35,969 bases of DNA. It comes from Candidatus Nomurabacteria bacterium. GTDB taxonomy: Bacteria; Patescibacteriota; Minisyncoccia; Phycocordibacterales; CALRBL01. Positions 1 through 7,348 of this stretch are shown one piece after another. Positions within the stretch are counted from its first letter, which is position 1. Each line of letters starts with the position of its first letter. The translations under genes were made by a program, and so were the position numbers. The stretch spans positions 1 through 35,969 of the forward strand of contig CAWIDS010000002.1 in assembly GCA_963834935.1 (NCBI GenBank), written 5' to 3'. The notes beneath the pieces are model-generated. The model did no database searches. It worked only from the letters and a program-made list of their open reading frames with translations, and was not told the origin of the DNA.

Positions 1-154
1 ACAGGGAAGTGGATATGGCGACTGAACACTCTCCAATACCAACCACCGCTTGTCAGGGAGGCAAACATGAGGGGTCATACATGATCCAGCAATGTTTCTT
101 GAAAGATCTCCATTTCCTGCCGAGATCTCCTCGAGTTGAGAGCTTCTTTTCCAT
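1..154 (-). CDS. Possible partial hypothetical gene (cassette D), running off the window edge, possibly frameshifted near its start
   Basis: ATG at 154 lies in the same position relative to the junction motif as the other cassette genes. Its own frame closes after 33 codons, while the adjacent frame stays open to base 1. Confidence 0.3.
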
Positions 155-236
155 AATTTCTCTATCTTTTTCTATTGTTGAGGTTGTACTTCAAAAGCTA
201 TTTTTAAAGTAGCACGTAAATTATATTTTGTATACT

Positions 237-281
237 TTACTCCGCACGTGGGAGGATGTTCGGAAAAGTCTAAACCAATAA
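237..281 (+). repeat. Cassette junction motif, copy 1 (putative att site)
   Basis: TTACTCCGCACGTGGGAGGATGTTCGGAAA; reads LLRTWEDVRKSLNQ*. Confidence 0.85.
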
Positions 282-305
282 AAAAGCCCTGTCTTTCGAC
301 GGGGC
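280..305 (-). terminator. Intrinsic terminator of the cassette C gene
   Basis: Minus strand GCCCCGTC-GAAA-GACAGGGC followed by T6. Confidence 0.8.
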
Positions 306-341
306 AGGTATCCTTGAGTTGTGTGAGGAATCCCTATTGCT

Positions 342-596
342 CTAGGAAGCTGGTTTCTCATGAAGCTCTTCGGACTTGAGAAGTCGTGTGCGTTCCTGCA
401 CGCGCCAGTCGTCGTCAGGAATCGAGAGAGTCGGTGCAGTCAGCCAGCGCGGATCCACCTTCATCTCGACTCTGCCGTGCGTAATACAGTGAAGAACTCG
501 GAGACCCTTGGTAGGATTGTCTTCAATACGGGTTACATCCGGATAATAGCATCCGCATTCTGCGGCTTCTTGATTTGGAAAATAAGGTCCAGGCAT
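342..596 (-). CDS. Hypothetical protein (~84 aa, cassette C), possible Cys/His metal site
   Basis: ORF track 342..659. The better start is ATG 596 (MPGPYFPN), preceded by GAAGGGAG. Contains CxC and CxxH. A terminator lies downstream. Confidence 0.6.
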   Translation of the reverse strand: MPGPYFPNQEAAECGCYYPDVTRIEDNPTKGLRVLHCITHGRVEMKVDPRWLTAPTLSIPDDDWRVQERTRLLKSEELHEKPAS

Positions 597-748
597 TTTT
601 CTCCCTTCTATAGAAGAATTCCTCCAACACACACGTGAGGGGGAGGTCTGGGAGAACACTACAATTTATTAGAAGGAATGTCTATGATAGCTGTATGACG
701 TTCACAACGTTCACCCAGTAGGTGATTCTTCTGAATCACATGTTCACC

Positions 749-830
749 TTGCTCCGCACTTCATTGAGCACAATGACCTACTGGGTGGGAGGATGTTCGG
801 ATAGAAATTATGGGGAGAGGTGGTAAATAA
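749..830 (+). repeat. Cassette junction motif, copy 2, interrupted by a 25-bp insert (761-785)
   Basis: TTGCTCCGCACT-[25 nt]-TGGGAGGATGTTCGGATA; reads LLRT/WEDVRIEIMGRGGK*. Confidence 0.8.
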
Positions 831-881
831 AAAGCAAAACCCACTACCGGAGCAATGAGTCTTGCTTTGGTTCGTGGGTTT
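829..881 (-). terminator. Long imperfect hairpin, probable terminator of the cassette B gene
   Basis: AAACCCAC...GTGGGTTT outer stem with an inner AGCAA/TTGCT stem and a T-rich tail on the minus strand. Confidence 0.6.
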
Positions 882-893
882 GGTGGAGGTTGC

Positions 894-1195
894 CTATTCA
901 GCAACCGGTGAGCGAGTTGGAGGTCGAGACCTTCGCCAGTGAAGGCGGAGAGGACGACGTCGCGAACATACTCGTGGGGCTGGCCATCCGCACCGATAAG
1001 GGACAACCTCTTCAAGGTGTCCTCGTTGGTTCCGAATTTCTTGTATTTCGGGTCGCGCTTGCAGATCTGAACGAGGTCATAGCAGGTAGTTATCCCGCTG
1101 ATACCATCGTTCCAGAGGCTTGTGAGCGACATCATCAACACCTGAGCGAGTGGTTTTGGAACCTCCGCTCCGTTTTTCAATTTTATCATTTCCAT
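894..1195 (-). CDS. Hypothetical protein (~100 aa, cassette B), probable 1-bp deletion near 914
   Basis: ORF track 761..1195 runs through the terminator and junction motif. Restoring one base near 914 gives ...GEGLDLQLxSPVAE* with TAG at 894-896, just upstream of the terminator. Confidence 0.65.
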
Positions 1196-1259
1196 ATGCT
1201 TAAAAAGGGCAGTCTATTTGATTTTCTTCAGCTGAAGTTGTATCAGCTTCTTTATTCAA

Positions 1260-1288
1260 ATAATAACACAATTATATATAAAAAGCAA
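1260..1288 (-). promoter_or_regulatory. Sigma70-type promoter of the cassette B gene
   Basis: Minus strand TTGCTT-N17-TATTAT with a TG extension. Confidence 0.55.
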
Positions 1289-1298
1289 TGGTATGAAG

Positions 1299-1355
1299 TT
1301 GCTCCGAACTTGGGAGGATGTTCGGAGGGGAATTGTAGAAAAGGGAAGTAACTAA
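1299..1355 (+). repeat. Cassette junction motif, copy 3 (putative att site)
   Basis: TTGCTCCGAACTTGGGAGGATGTTCGGAGG, with an 8-bp inverted repeat CTCCGAAC/GTTCGGAG; reads LLRTWEDVRRGIVEKGSN*. Confidence 0.85.
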
Positions 1356-1380
1356 AAAAGTACCATCCGAAGACGGTGCT
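1354..1380 (-). terminator. Intrinsic terminator of the cassette A gene
   Basis: Minus strand AGCACCGTC-TTCG-GATGGTACT followed by a T run. Confidence 0.8.
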
Positions 1381-1414
1381 GCTGGTTTGATTCATATGCG
1401 GAGCATTACATTTC

Positions 1415-2050
1415 CTAGGCAGTTGCCAGAGGAGGCTCCTTTTTGAGTTGGCCTGATTGTCGGCTGCCCCATTCAGAGAACTTGTAAATGCCGACACAAG
1501 TGAGGAAAAGGAAGGCTCCTGTGATGATCCAAACTATTATTAAGCCCCCACAAAATGCAAATATTGAAAAACCCCACGATTTCTCGTAATGAAGGACCGT
1601 TTTGTAGTCCTCCTTCAGTACGACGCTCTCCAACATTGCCGTAGGCTCCTTGTTGCCGACGCTGTTCGTAAGGTCATCTTCGGTGACAAATTGGAAACCT
1701 CCGATTTGTGAAGAGTAATAAACCTTCCCGTCAGCGTTGAAAACGACCGTTGTAGGGAAGCGGCTTCTGCCAGCAAGTTTTCCGAAATCAACTAGCGACG
1801 GCAGGAATGTCGTCCTAATACTGCTTCCTCCTCCTGTTTTCATCCAAGGCACCTCGCCGAGAGGGTTTACAACACTCGCGTTGTAGGGTATCCATGCGGG
1901 CACTGTCCTCTCGAAGGGCTTGAAGGGTTTGAAGCAAGTGATCGCCCATTCTCTGCTAAACCATAACAGGAAGGCGAGACCGACGAGCAGGACGAGAATG
2001 ATCGGAATTTTTTGCCGATGTTCCTTTAATTTCTTTCCAATATTTTTCAT
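1415..2050 (-). CDS. Hypothetical membrane protein, 211 aa, with N- and C-terminal TM helices (cassette A)
   Basis: ORF with a GGAG RBS. Hydrophobic segments IPIILVLLVGLAFLLWF and FSIFAFCGGLIIVWIITGAFLFLTCVGIY. Confidence 0.8.
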   Translation of the reverse strand: MKNIGKKLKEHRQKIPIILVLLVGLAFLLWFSREWAITCFKPFKPFERTVPAWIPYNASVVNPLGEVPWMKTGGGSSIRTTFLPSLVDFGKLAGRSRFPTTVVFNADGKVYYSSQIGGFQFVTEDDLTNSVGNKEPTAMLESVVLKEDYKTVLHYEKSWGFSIFAFCGGLIIVWIITGAFLFLTCVGIYKFSEWGSRQSGQLKKEPPLATA

Positions 2051-2110
2051 CTGTAATCTCCAGGTTGTGAGTTGAGAAACTGCGACTCGGGATGAGATCG
2101 CTTCAGATGG

Positions 2111-2139
2111 ATTAAATCATCAAAATACTGTTTAGTCAA
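2111..2139 (-). promoter_or_regulatory. Sigma70-type promoter of the cassette A gene
   Basis: Minus strand TTGACT-N17-TTTAAT with a TG extension, a few bp from the tRNA 3' end. Confidence 0.55.
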
Positions 2140-2145
2140 TTTGTG

Positions 2146-2217
2146 CTCCCCCGGTAGGGATCGAACCTACGACCAATCGATTAACAGTCGATTGCTCTAC
2201 CGCTGAGCTACAGGGGA
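2146..2217 (-). tRNA. tRNA-Asn(GTT), CCA not encoded
   Basis: TCCCCTGTAGCTCAGCGGTAGAGCAATCGACTGTTAATCGATTGGTCGTAGGTTCGATCCCTACCGGGGGAG folds as a cloverleaf with anticodon GTT and a GTTCGA T-loop. Confidence 0.97.
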
Positions 2218-2246
2218 ATGTTTCTGCCTTTCGGCGGAATGTTCCT

Positions 2247-2274
2247 ATAGTAGCAAAAAAAAACATATTGTAAA
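2247..2274 (-). promoter_or_regulatory. Putative tRNA promoter
   Basis: Minus strand TTTACA-N16-TACTAT with a TG extension. A GAAA-capped hairpin at ~2222-2239 lies in the leader. Confidence 0.5.
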
Positions 2275-2324
2275 CTTGAACCTGCTGAGCCAGCTGAGCC
2301 CGCGGAGTGGTGTATAATATATTC

Positions 2325-2684
2325 ATGAATATAAATATCAAAGCATCAAACCTTGAATTGACGGACACCATCAAGGATTACATCAATAAAAAGATTAAAA
2401 GTATCGCCAAGCTCGTTAATGCCGATGAAGCATCTCTTCTTATAGAAGTAAAAGTAGGCAAGAGGAAAGGTCATCACAAAGCGGGAGATGCTTTTAAGGC
2501 TGAGATAAATTTCACCATGAGCGGCACCTATCTCAGCATGGAATCTTCAAGGGAAACCCTTTATGCCGCCATAGACAAGGTCCGCGACGAGATAGTCGCG
2601 GAGATAAAGAAGACCAAAACCCGAAAGAATTCGCTCGGCAAGAAAGGCGGACGCAAAATAAAAGGCATCATCAAAAGGGCTTAG
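2325..2684 (+). CDS. hpf: Ribosome hibernation promoting factor (HPF/RaiA family)
   Basis: MNINIKASNLELTDTIKDYINKK...LYAAIDKVRDEI. TATAAT lies 6 nt before ATG 2325. Confidence 0.9.
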   Translation: MNINIKASNLELTDTIKDYINKKIKSIAKLVNADEASLLIEVKVGKRKGHHKAGDAFKAEINFTMSGTYLSMESSRETLYAAIDKVRDEIVAEIKKTKTRKNSLGKKGGRKIKGIIKRA

Positions 2685-3526
2685 TCAGCCGGCTCGTAGT
2701 CAGTTTCTTTCTTTCCCTCGGGGATTACCCTTTCGACGACGAACTTTCCGTCGGCATATCTGGCTTTAGTGACGATTGCGCGAAATCTCTGGTCGCCTTT
2801 CTTGAAAAAGAAAAATACTTTAGGCCAATGCTGATAGGCGAGATATTTGAGGTAGTTTTTCCTACCATCATCTGCAAGTGAAATCTCTCCATCGCTTTTT
2901 TCCAGCATCTTGGTATAGGTAGCCAGGTCATGATCTTGCTCTTGCGGGACGATTTTTTTCTTGAGCCATCGCGGAAGGGTCTCAGCGAGAAGCGCAGCGC
3001 TTTCCATTGCGAGCGTTTCCTCGACATCGTCGTAAGGGGCAGGGAATTGAGTTTCTCCGAAATCGATTTTTTTCTGGGCGAGGATCGGGCCATGATCCAT
3101 CAATGCATCCATCAACATGATAGTGGCGCCGACTTCTTTCTCGTTATTCAGGATTTGCCCTTGGATAGGAGCCGGACCGCGATATTTCGGAAGGAGCGAC
3201 GGATGCACGTTCAGGGTGCCATATTCGGGAATGTCTAGGATGATTTGGGGAATTATCTTTCCGTAGGATGCCACGATGAAAAGCTTATAATCCTTCAGGA
3301 CCTTGATCAGACTTTCTTCATTGAGCTTTTCGGGCTGCAAAGCAGGAATGTCATTTTGATCCGCCCATATCTTCGCAGGAGGGGGAGTCATTTCTTGCTT
3401 TCTTCCCGCTGGCCGGCTGGGAGCAGTGATAATGAGCGAGGGTATGATGCCAAAATTGCTTTTCAATTCCTCAAGCAGAATGACCGAGATGCGCGATGTG
3501 CCAAAAAAAACGAAAGGCGTATTCAT
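2681..3526 (-). CDS. fmt: Methionyl-tRNA formyltransferase
   Basis: FVFFGT N-terminus, LNVHPSLLPKYRGPAP and MDHGPI motifs; follows def. True start at 3526, not 3682. Confidence 0.95.
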   Translation of the reverse strand: MNTPFVFFGTSRISVILLEELKSNFGIIPSLIITAPSRPAGRKQEMTPPPAKIWADQNDIPALQPEKLNEESLIKVLKDYKLFIVASYGKIIPQIILDIPEYGTLNVHPSLLPKYRGPAPIQGQILNNEKEVGATIMLMDALMDHGPILAQKKIDFGETQFPAPYDDVEETLAMESAALLAETLPRWLKKKIVPQEQDHDLATYTKMLEKSDGEISLADDGRKNYLKYLAYQHWPKVFFFFKKGDQRFRAIVTKARYADGKFVVERVIPEGKKETDYEPAD

Positions 3527-3527
3527 T

Positions 3528-4067
3528 TTATTTTTTCTTCCTGCTTTTCTCCGGCGGCATGTCTTCGATATCCTTCGCCTTGTCAATGAAGAGCTTGCCG
3601 TTAAGATGGTCTGTCTCATGCTGAAAGACCTGAGCCAGAAGATCGCTCGCACCTCTTTCGAAAAGCTTGCCATTCTCATCATATGCCCTCACAGTGGCTT
3701 TTTTTGCCCGCTTTATCTTTCCATATAAATAGCGCACAGAGAGGCAGCCCTCTTCCATCCATTCTGCGCCTTTAGACAGCTTTACTATCTCTGGATTAAT
3801 GAAAACGAGGTCATGGTGCTTCTGCTTTTTGGTCATTTCTATATCCTCACCTGTCTTCAGCGAATGAAGTACCGCGCCTGAGACGACGAAGATCCGGAGG
3901 GATATGCCGAGTTGCGGCGCGGCAAGCGCCACTCCGTCGATTTCTTTAGCCAGAGCCGCGCTCATTTCCTTCAGTATTTTCTTTATTTCAGGTCCAGTAA
4001 TTTCTTTTACCGGCACTTTCTTTGCAATCTGGCGAAGAATAGGGTTTTCCTTTTGGATAATAGGCAT
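3528..4067 (-). CDS. def: Peptide deformylase
   Basis: GVALAAPQLG, EGCLS and QHETDHLNG motifs. Confidence 0.97.
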   Translation of the reverse strand: MPIIQKENPILRQIAKKVPVKEITGPEIKKILKEMSAALAKEIDGVALAAPQLGISLRIFVVSGAVLHSLKTGEDIEMTKKQKHHDLVFINPEIVKLSKGAEWMEEGCLSVRYLYGKIKRAKKATVRAYDENGKLFERGASDLLAQVFQHETDHLNGKLFIDKAKDIEDMPPEKSRKKK

Positions 4068-4082
4068 GTTGGAGGCAGTATA

Positions 4083-5702
4083 TCACAACATGCTTTCAGG
4101 ATTAACGTTAATGGTGACGCTCGGCGGCAGTGAAAGCAAAAGCACCGAAAGCTCTTCGGATCGCGCCGGATCTTCCCAATATTCTTTTTTTACCGAAATG
4201 AGAGCATGAAGGATATGTTGGTTGTTTTGGGTCTTGATGAACGCTGGAAATACCGAGAGCTTCCATTCTGAAAGCAGTGTGGTGATCTTCTTCATTTCTG
4301 CCGCAACTTTTTCTTTCTCTCCTTTAACGCTCAACTTGATGAAGACATTGAAAGGTGGATATCCGAGAGCCTTTCTTTCGGCGATTTCCCGCTCGTAGAA
4401 GGCATTCAGATCGTTTTTCTGCCACTCGAGAAGAAGCGGGTGCTTGATGTTCTTAGTTTGGACGATCATCTTGCCGGATACTTGCTCTTCAACATTCAGC
4501 AGCAGCCGCATGATGCGCTCGTTGATCGAGAAGTCTGGTAAAGAGAGCATGGAATCGAGCGAGATGACGCAGAACGTGCTGATTTTTTCTTTGCGATGGA
4601 GCATGAGCGGCAGAAGGGATGCTTCCGTGCCGACTGCTACTGAGTCATTGCTGATGCCGTTCTTTTTCAGAAAAGCATTCACTTCTTCCTCTGCTTTTTC
4701 TACGCCGATGCCGAATGCCTTGAGCCTCCAGCCGCCGCAAGTCAGGCATTTTTTCAGTGCCGTCTCCCTATGTCCGCAGTGGTGGCAGAGCAGATTGTTG
4801 TACTCTCCTTCTTTCTTGCTGAGGTGAAGAGTAAGCGGCGCCTGGCATCGAGTGCAAAGCACTGCTTGGCCGCAATCTTGGCAAACCAGCACGCCAGAAT
4901 GGCCCTTTCGGGTGGAGAGGATGAATATTTCCGCTGGTGAATGCTTGATTGATAGGAGTGACTTTCGCAAATCATCACCGATGATGTTGAACTTCTCGTT
5001 TTCTTTCCTTTTCAGGTCGCTGATTATCCTTTCAACTGCTGGCTTGCGGCTCTTAATGGGCAGCTTGATATTTTCAATCCGAGCCAAGCTGTCCTCGTAG
5101 CTTATCTTGATGCCAGCTTTTTCAGCGTAAATCTTGAATGCATATCGAAAATCGATGAATGGCCGCGAGATGCCTTTGTACGCGCGCGATCCATCGTTCT
5201 CGATGATGATGCGCGATGCGCTTCTTGGAATGTCGAGAAGCGAACTCGGTAGAAGAACTAAAGCATCTTTCTCCTTCTTTGTCTTTTCCTTGATTATTCT
5301 TTGCTGCATCTTTGTCGGGCAGATGACAACAGTCTTTGTTTCAGTTTCCTTTCTCTTTCCAGCTTTCAATTCATCAATGATTTTTTTGGTTAAAAATATC
5401 TTCAATGCTGCACCTGTAGTGCAGGCATGGTAGCGCGCGATTTCCTTGATTGCTTCCATAGCAGGGAGGCTGAGAAAAGGCTTAGAGACCAAGCTGCTGA
5501 CCTTTTTTAAGGCAAAATCAGCCGTTTTGAGATCGGCCTTGCGAGAGCGGGCGTCTTCGATCGAAATCACCAGGCCCTCGATCAGCTTTTTCCGAAGCGG
5601 GACTTGCACGAGTGAACCGAGCTGCACCTCGGAAGAAGTGAAATAGGTGAGGTTCTCCTTGCCGATTCCGCGCGCTATGGGAATGACAGTGATTATATTC
5701 AT
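4083..5702 (-). CDS. priA: Primosomal protein N' (PriA), reduced form
   Basis: N-terminal 3'-DNA-binding region (LTY...GSLVQVPLR), four CxxC zinc pairs, GIGVEK, LSLPDF, IVQT and ERKALGYPPF. Confidence 0.85.
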   Translation of the reverse strand: MNIITVIPIARGIGKENLTYFTSSEVQLGSLVQVPLRKKLIEGLVISIEDARSRKADLKTADFALKKVSSLVSKPFLSLPAMEAIKEIARYHACTTGAALKIFLTKKIIDELKAGKRKETETKTVVICPTKMQQRIIKEKTKKEKDALVLLPSSLLDIPRSASRIIIENDGSRAYKGISRPFIDFRYAFKIYAEKAGIKISYEDSLARIENIKLPIKSRKPAVERIISDLKRKENEKFNIIGDDLRKSLLSIKHSPAEIFILSTRKGHSGVLVCQDCGQAVLCTRCQAPLTLHLSKKEGEYNNLLCHHCGHRETALKKCLTCGGWRLKAFGIGVEKAEEEVNAFLKKNGISNDSVAVGTEASLLPLMLHRKEKISTFCVISLDSMLSLPDFSINERIMRLLLNVEEQVSGKMIVQTKNIKHPLLLEWQKNDLNAFYEREIAERKALGYPPFNVFIKLSVKGEKEKVAAEMKKITTLLSEWKLSVFPAFIKTQNNQHILHALISVKKEYWEDPARSEELSVLLLSLPPSVTINVNPESML

Positions 5703-5719
5703 GCGGCTATTGTCGCATT

Positions 5720-7237
5720 TCAGCGATTTTCTACAATCAGGCTTCGGCCTGTCATGACATCCGGTTTTTTTATATTGAAGATGCCTAACACGGTGGGAGT
5801 GAGATCTGCCAGTGTGCCTTCATTTCTCAATTCTAGTCCTTCTTGAGTCACTATCAAAGGCACGGGATTTATAGTATGCGAAGTATGCTTCTCGCCTGTG
5901 GCTTGGTCGACATTCACTTCGGCGTTTCCGTGGTCGGCAGTGATTAGGGCGATACCTTCTTTTGAGGAAAGGGCTTCGATGACTCGTCCCAGCTGAAGGT
6001 CGGTCTCTTCAAGGGCTTCGATGATGGCAGGAACGTTGGCAGTGTGTCCGACCATGTCAGGATTGGCGAAGTTGATGAAGATGAAATTGGTTCCCGCTTC
6101 GATTTCCTCTAATGCTTTATTTGCAATGCCTTCTGCTTGCATCTTGGGCGCGAGATCATGAGTGGGCACGTCTTTCCGGCTTGGCAGCATGATGTGTTTT
6201 TCTCCCGGGTAGGGCTTTTCAATGCCGCCGTTCAAGAAATAGGTTGCATGCGGAAATTTTTCCGTCTCCGCGATATGGGCTTGTGAAAGGCCTGCTTCTG
6301 CTATCTCCTTTGCTAGGGTAGTGGAGATGGCAGTGGAAGGGAAAGCGACATCCGCCTTTGAATCCTTTTCGTATTCGGTCAAAGTGACATAATAAAGATT
6401 CTTCTCCGGCATCTTTTGCTCGATCTTCTTCGAGAGCATGCGAGCCCGATCCGCACGGAAATTGAAGAAGAATATACCGTCGTTGTCTTCGACTTTGAAT
6501 GCCTTTCCATTTCCGTCAGCAAAGACGATAGGCTCTATATGCTCATCAACGATGCCTCTCTTGTAAAGCTCTTTCACTGTTTCAGACGCTATGCCATTTT
6601 GGATGTTTCCTTTGCCCTCGAACACCACTTCTTCCGCCCGAGCGAGCCTGTTCCAGTTGTTGTCCCTGTCCATGGCATAAAATCTGCCGCTCAGGCTGGC
6701 AATGAAGCCAGCGCCGATTTCCTTGAGAATAGCCTCGATTTCTTTCAGATATTCTTCCGCGCTTTGAGGAGCCGAGTCTCGTCCGTCAGTGAAAGCGTGG
6801 ATGGCAATCTTTTCTATACCTGCTTTTTTAGCCGCACGCAGGAAAGCGATCAGATGATCCTGGTGACTATGCACTCCTCCGTAGCCGATAAGGCCTTTGA
6901 TGTGCAGTGTCGAATTATATTTCTTTACGTGGCTAAAAAGGGAGACGAAAGCGGGATTCTTACCGAAGTCATCATTAAGAATGGCCTTTTTTATGCGAAC
7001 TAGGTCAGTATCAATGATTTTGCCGGCGCCGATAGTAGTATGACCTATCTCACTATTGCCCATCTGCCCTTCAGGAAGGCCTACCGCTTCGCCTGAGGCT
7101 TGCAAAAGGGTATGAGGGTATCTTTTCCAATATGCATCAAAATTAGGCGTTTTAGCCGCTGCTACGGCGTTATTTTGCGTATCTTCCCGATATCCCCATC
7201 CATCCAGAATGATCAATGCGACTTGTTTGTTTTTCAT
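5720..7237 (-). CDS. gpmI: 2,3-bisphosphoglycerate-independent phosphoglycerate mutase
   Basis: LIILDGWG, GQMGNSEIGH, DGRD, YAMDRD, NFRADR, DMVGH and TADHGN motifs. Confidence 0.97.
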   Translation of the reverse strand: MKNKQVALIILDGWGYREDTQNNAVAAAKTPNFDAYWKRYPHTLLQASGEAVGLPEGQMGNSEIGHTTIGAGKIIDTDLVRIKKAILNDDFGKNPAFVSLFSHVKKYNSTLHIKGLIGYGGVHSHQDHLIAFLRAAKKAGIEKIAIHAFTDGRDSAPQSAEEYLKEIEAILKEIGAGFIASLSGRFYAMDRDNNWNRLARAEEVVFEGKGNIQNGIASETVKELYKRGIVDEHIEPIVFADGNGKAFKVEDNDGIFFFNFRADRARMLSKKIEQKMPEKNLYYVTLTEYEKDSKADVAFPSTAISTTLAKEIAEAGLSQAHIAETEKFPHATYFLNGGIEKPYPGEKHIMLPSRKDVPTHDLAPKMQAEGIANKALEEIEAGTNFIFINFANPDMVGHTANVPAIIEALEETDLQLGRVIEALSSKEGIALITADHGNAEVNVDQATGEKHTSHTINPVPLIVTQEGLELRNEGTLADLTPTVLGIFNIKKPDVMTGRSLIVENR

Positions 7238-7251
7238 AGAAGTTAATTGTA

Positions 7252-7314
7252 TCAAAAAAGCCCTGACAAAGTATCTTATCGATCTTAAAAGATACTTTGT
7301 CAGGGCTTTTTTGA
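7252..7314. repeat. Perfect 26-bp inverted repeat with an 11-nt loop between divergent gpmI and rplI
   Basis: TCAAAAAAGCCCTGACAAAGTATCTT (7252-7277) and AAGATACTTTGTCAGGGCTTTTTTGA (7289-7314). Confidence 0.95.
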
Positions 7315-7338
7315 CATTAGTATCCCTTTCTGTATACT
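7311..7338 (+). promoter_or_regulatory. rplI promoter
   Basis: TTGACA-N16-TATACT, 10 nt before the ATG. Confidence 0.7.
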
Positions 7339-7348
7339 GTTCTCTACT

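Noticed and set aside
761-893. C-terminal extension of the 761..1195 ORF
   Set aside because: It runs through a terminator and the junction motif; a single missing base near 914 explains it better.
237-1328. CRISPR array
   Set aside because: Repeats are ~510-550 bp apart with whole genes between them, and no cas genes are present.
237-1380. Classical integron attC sites
   Set aside because: No RYYYAAC...GTTRRRY boxes bound the repeats and no intI is present. The units carry their own promoters and terminators.
3527-3682. N-terminal extension of Fmt, and similar extensions for hpf, aspS and the D,D-peptidase
   Set aside because: They overlap the upstream gene or promoter. Family N-termini and -10 positions indicate the downstream ATGs.
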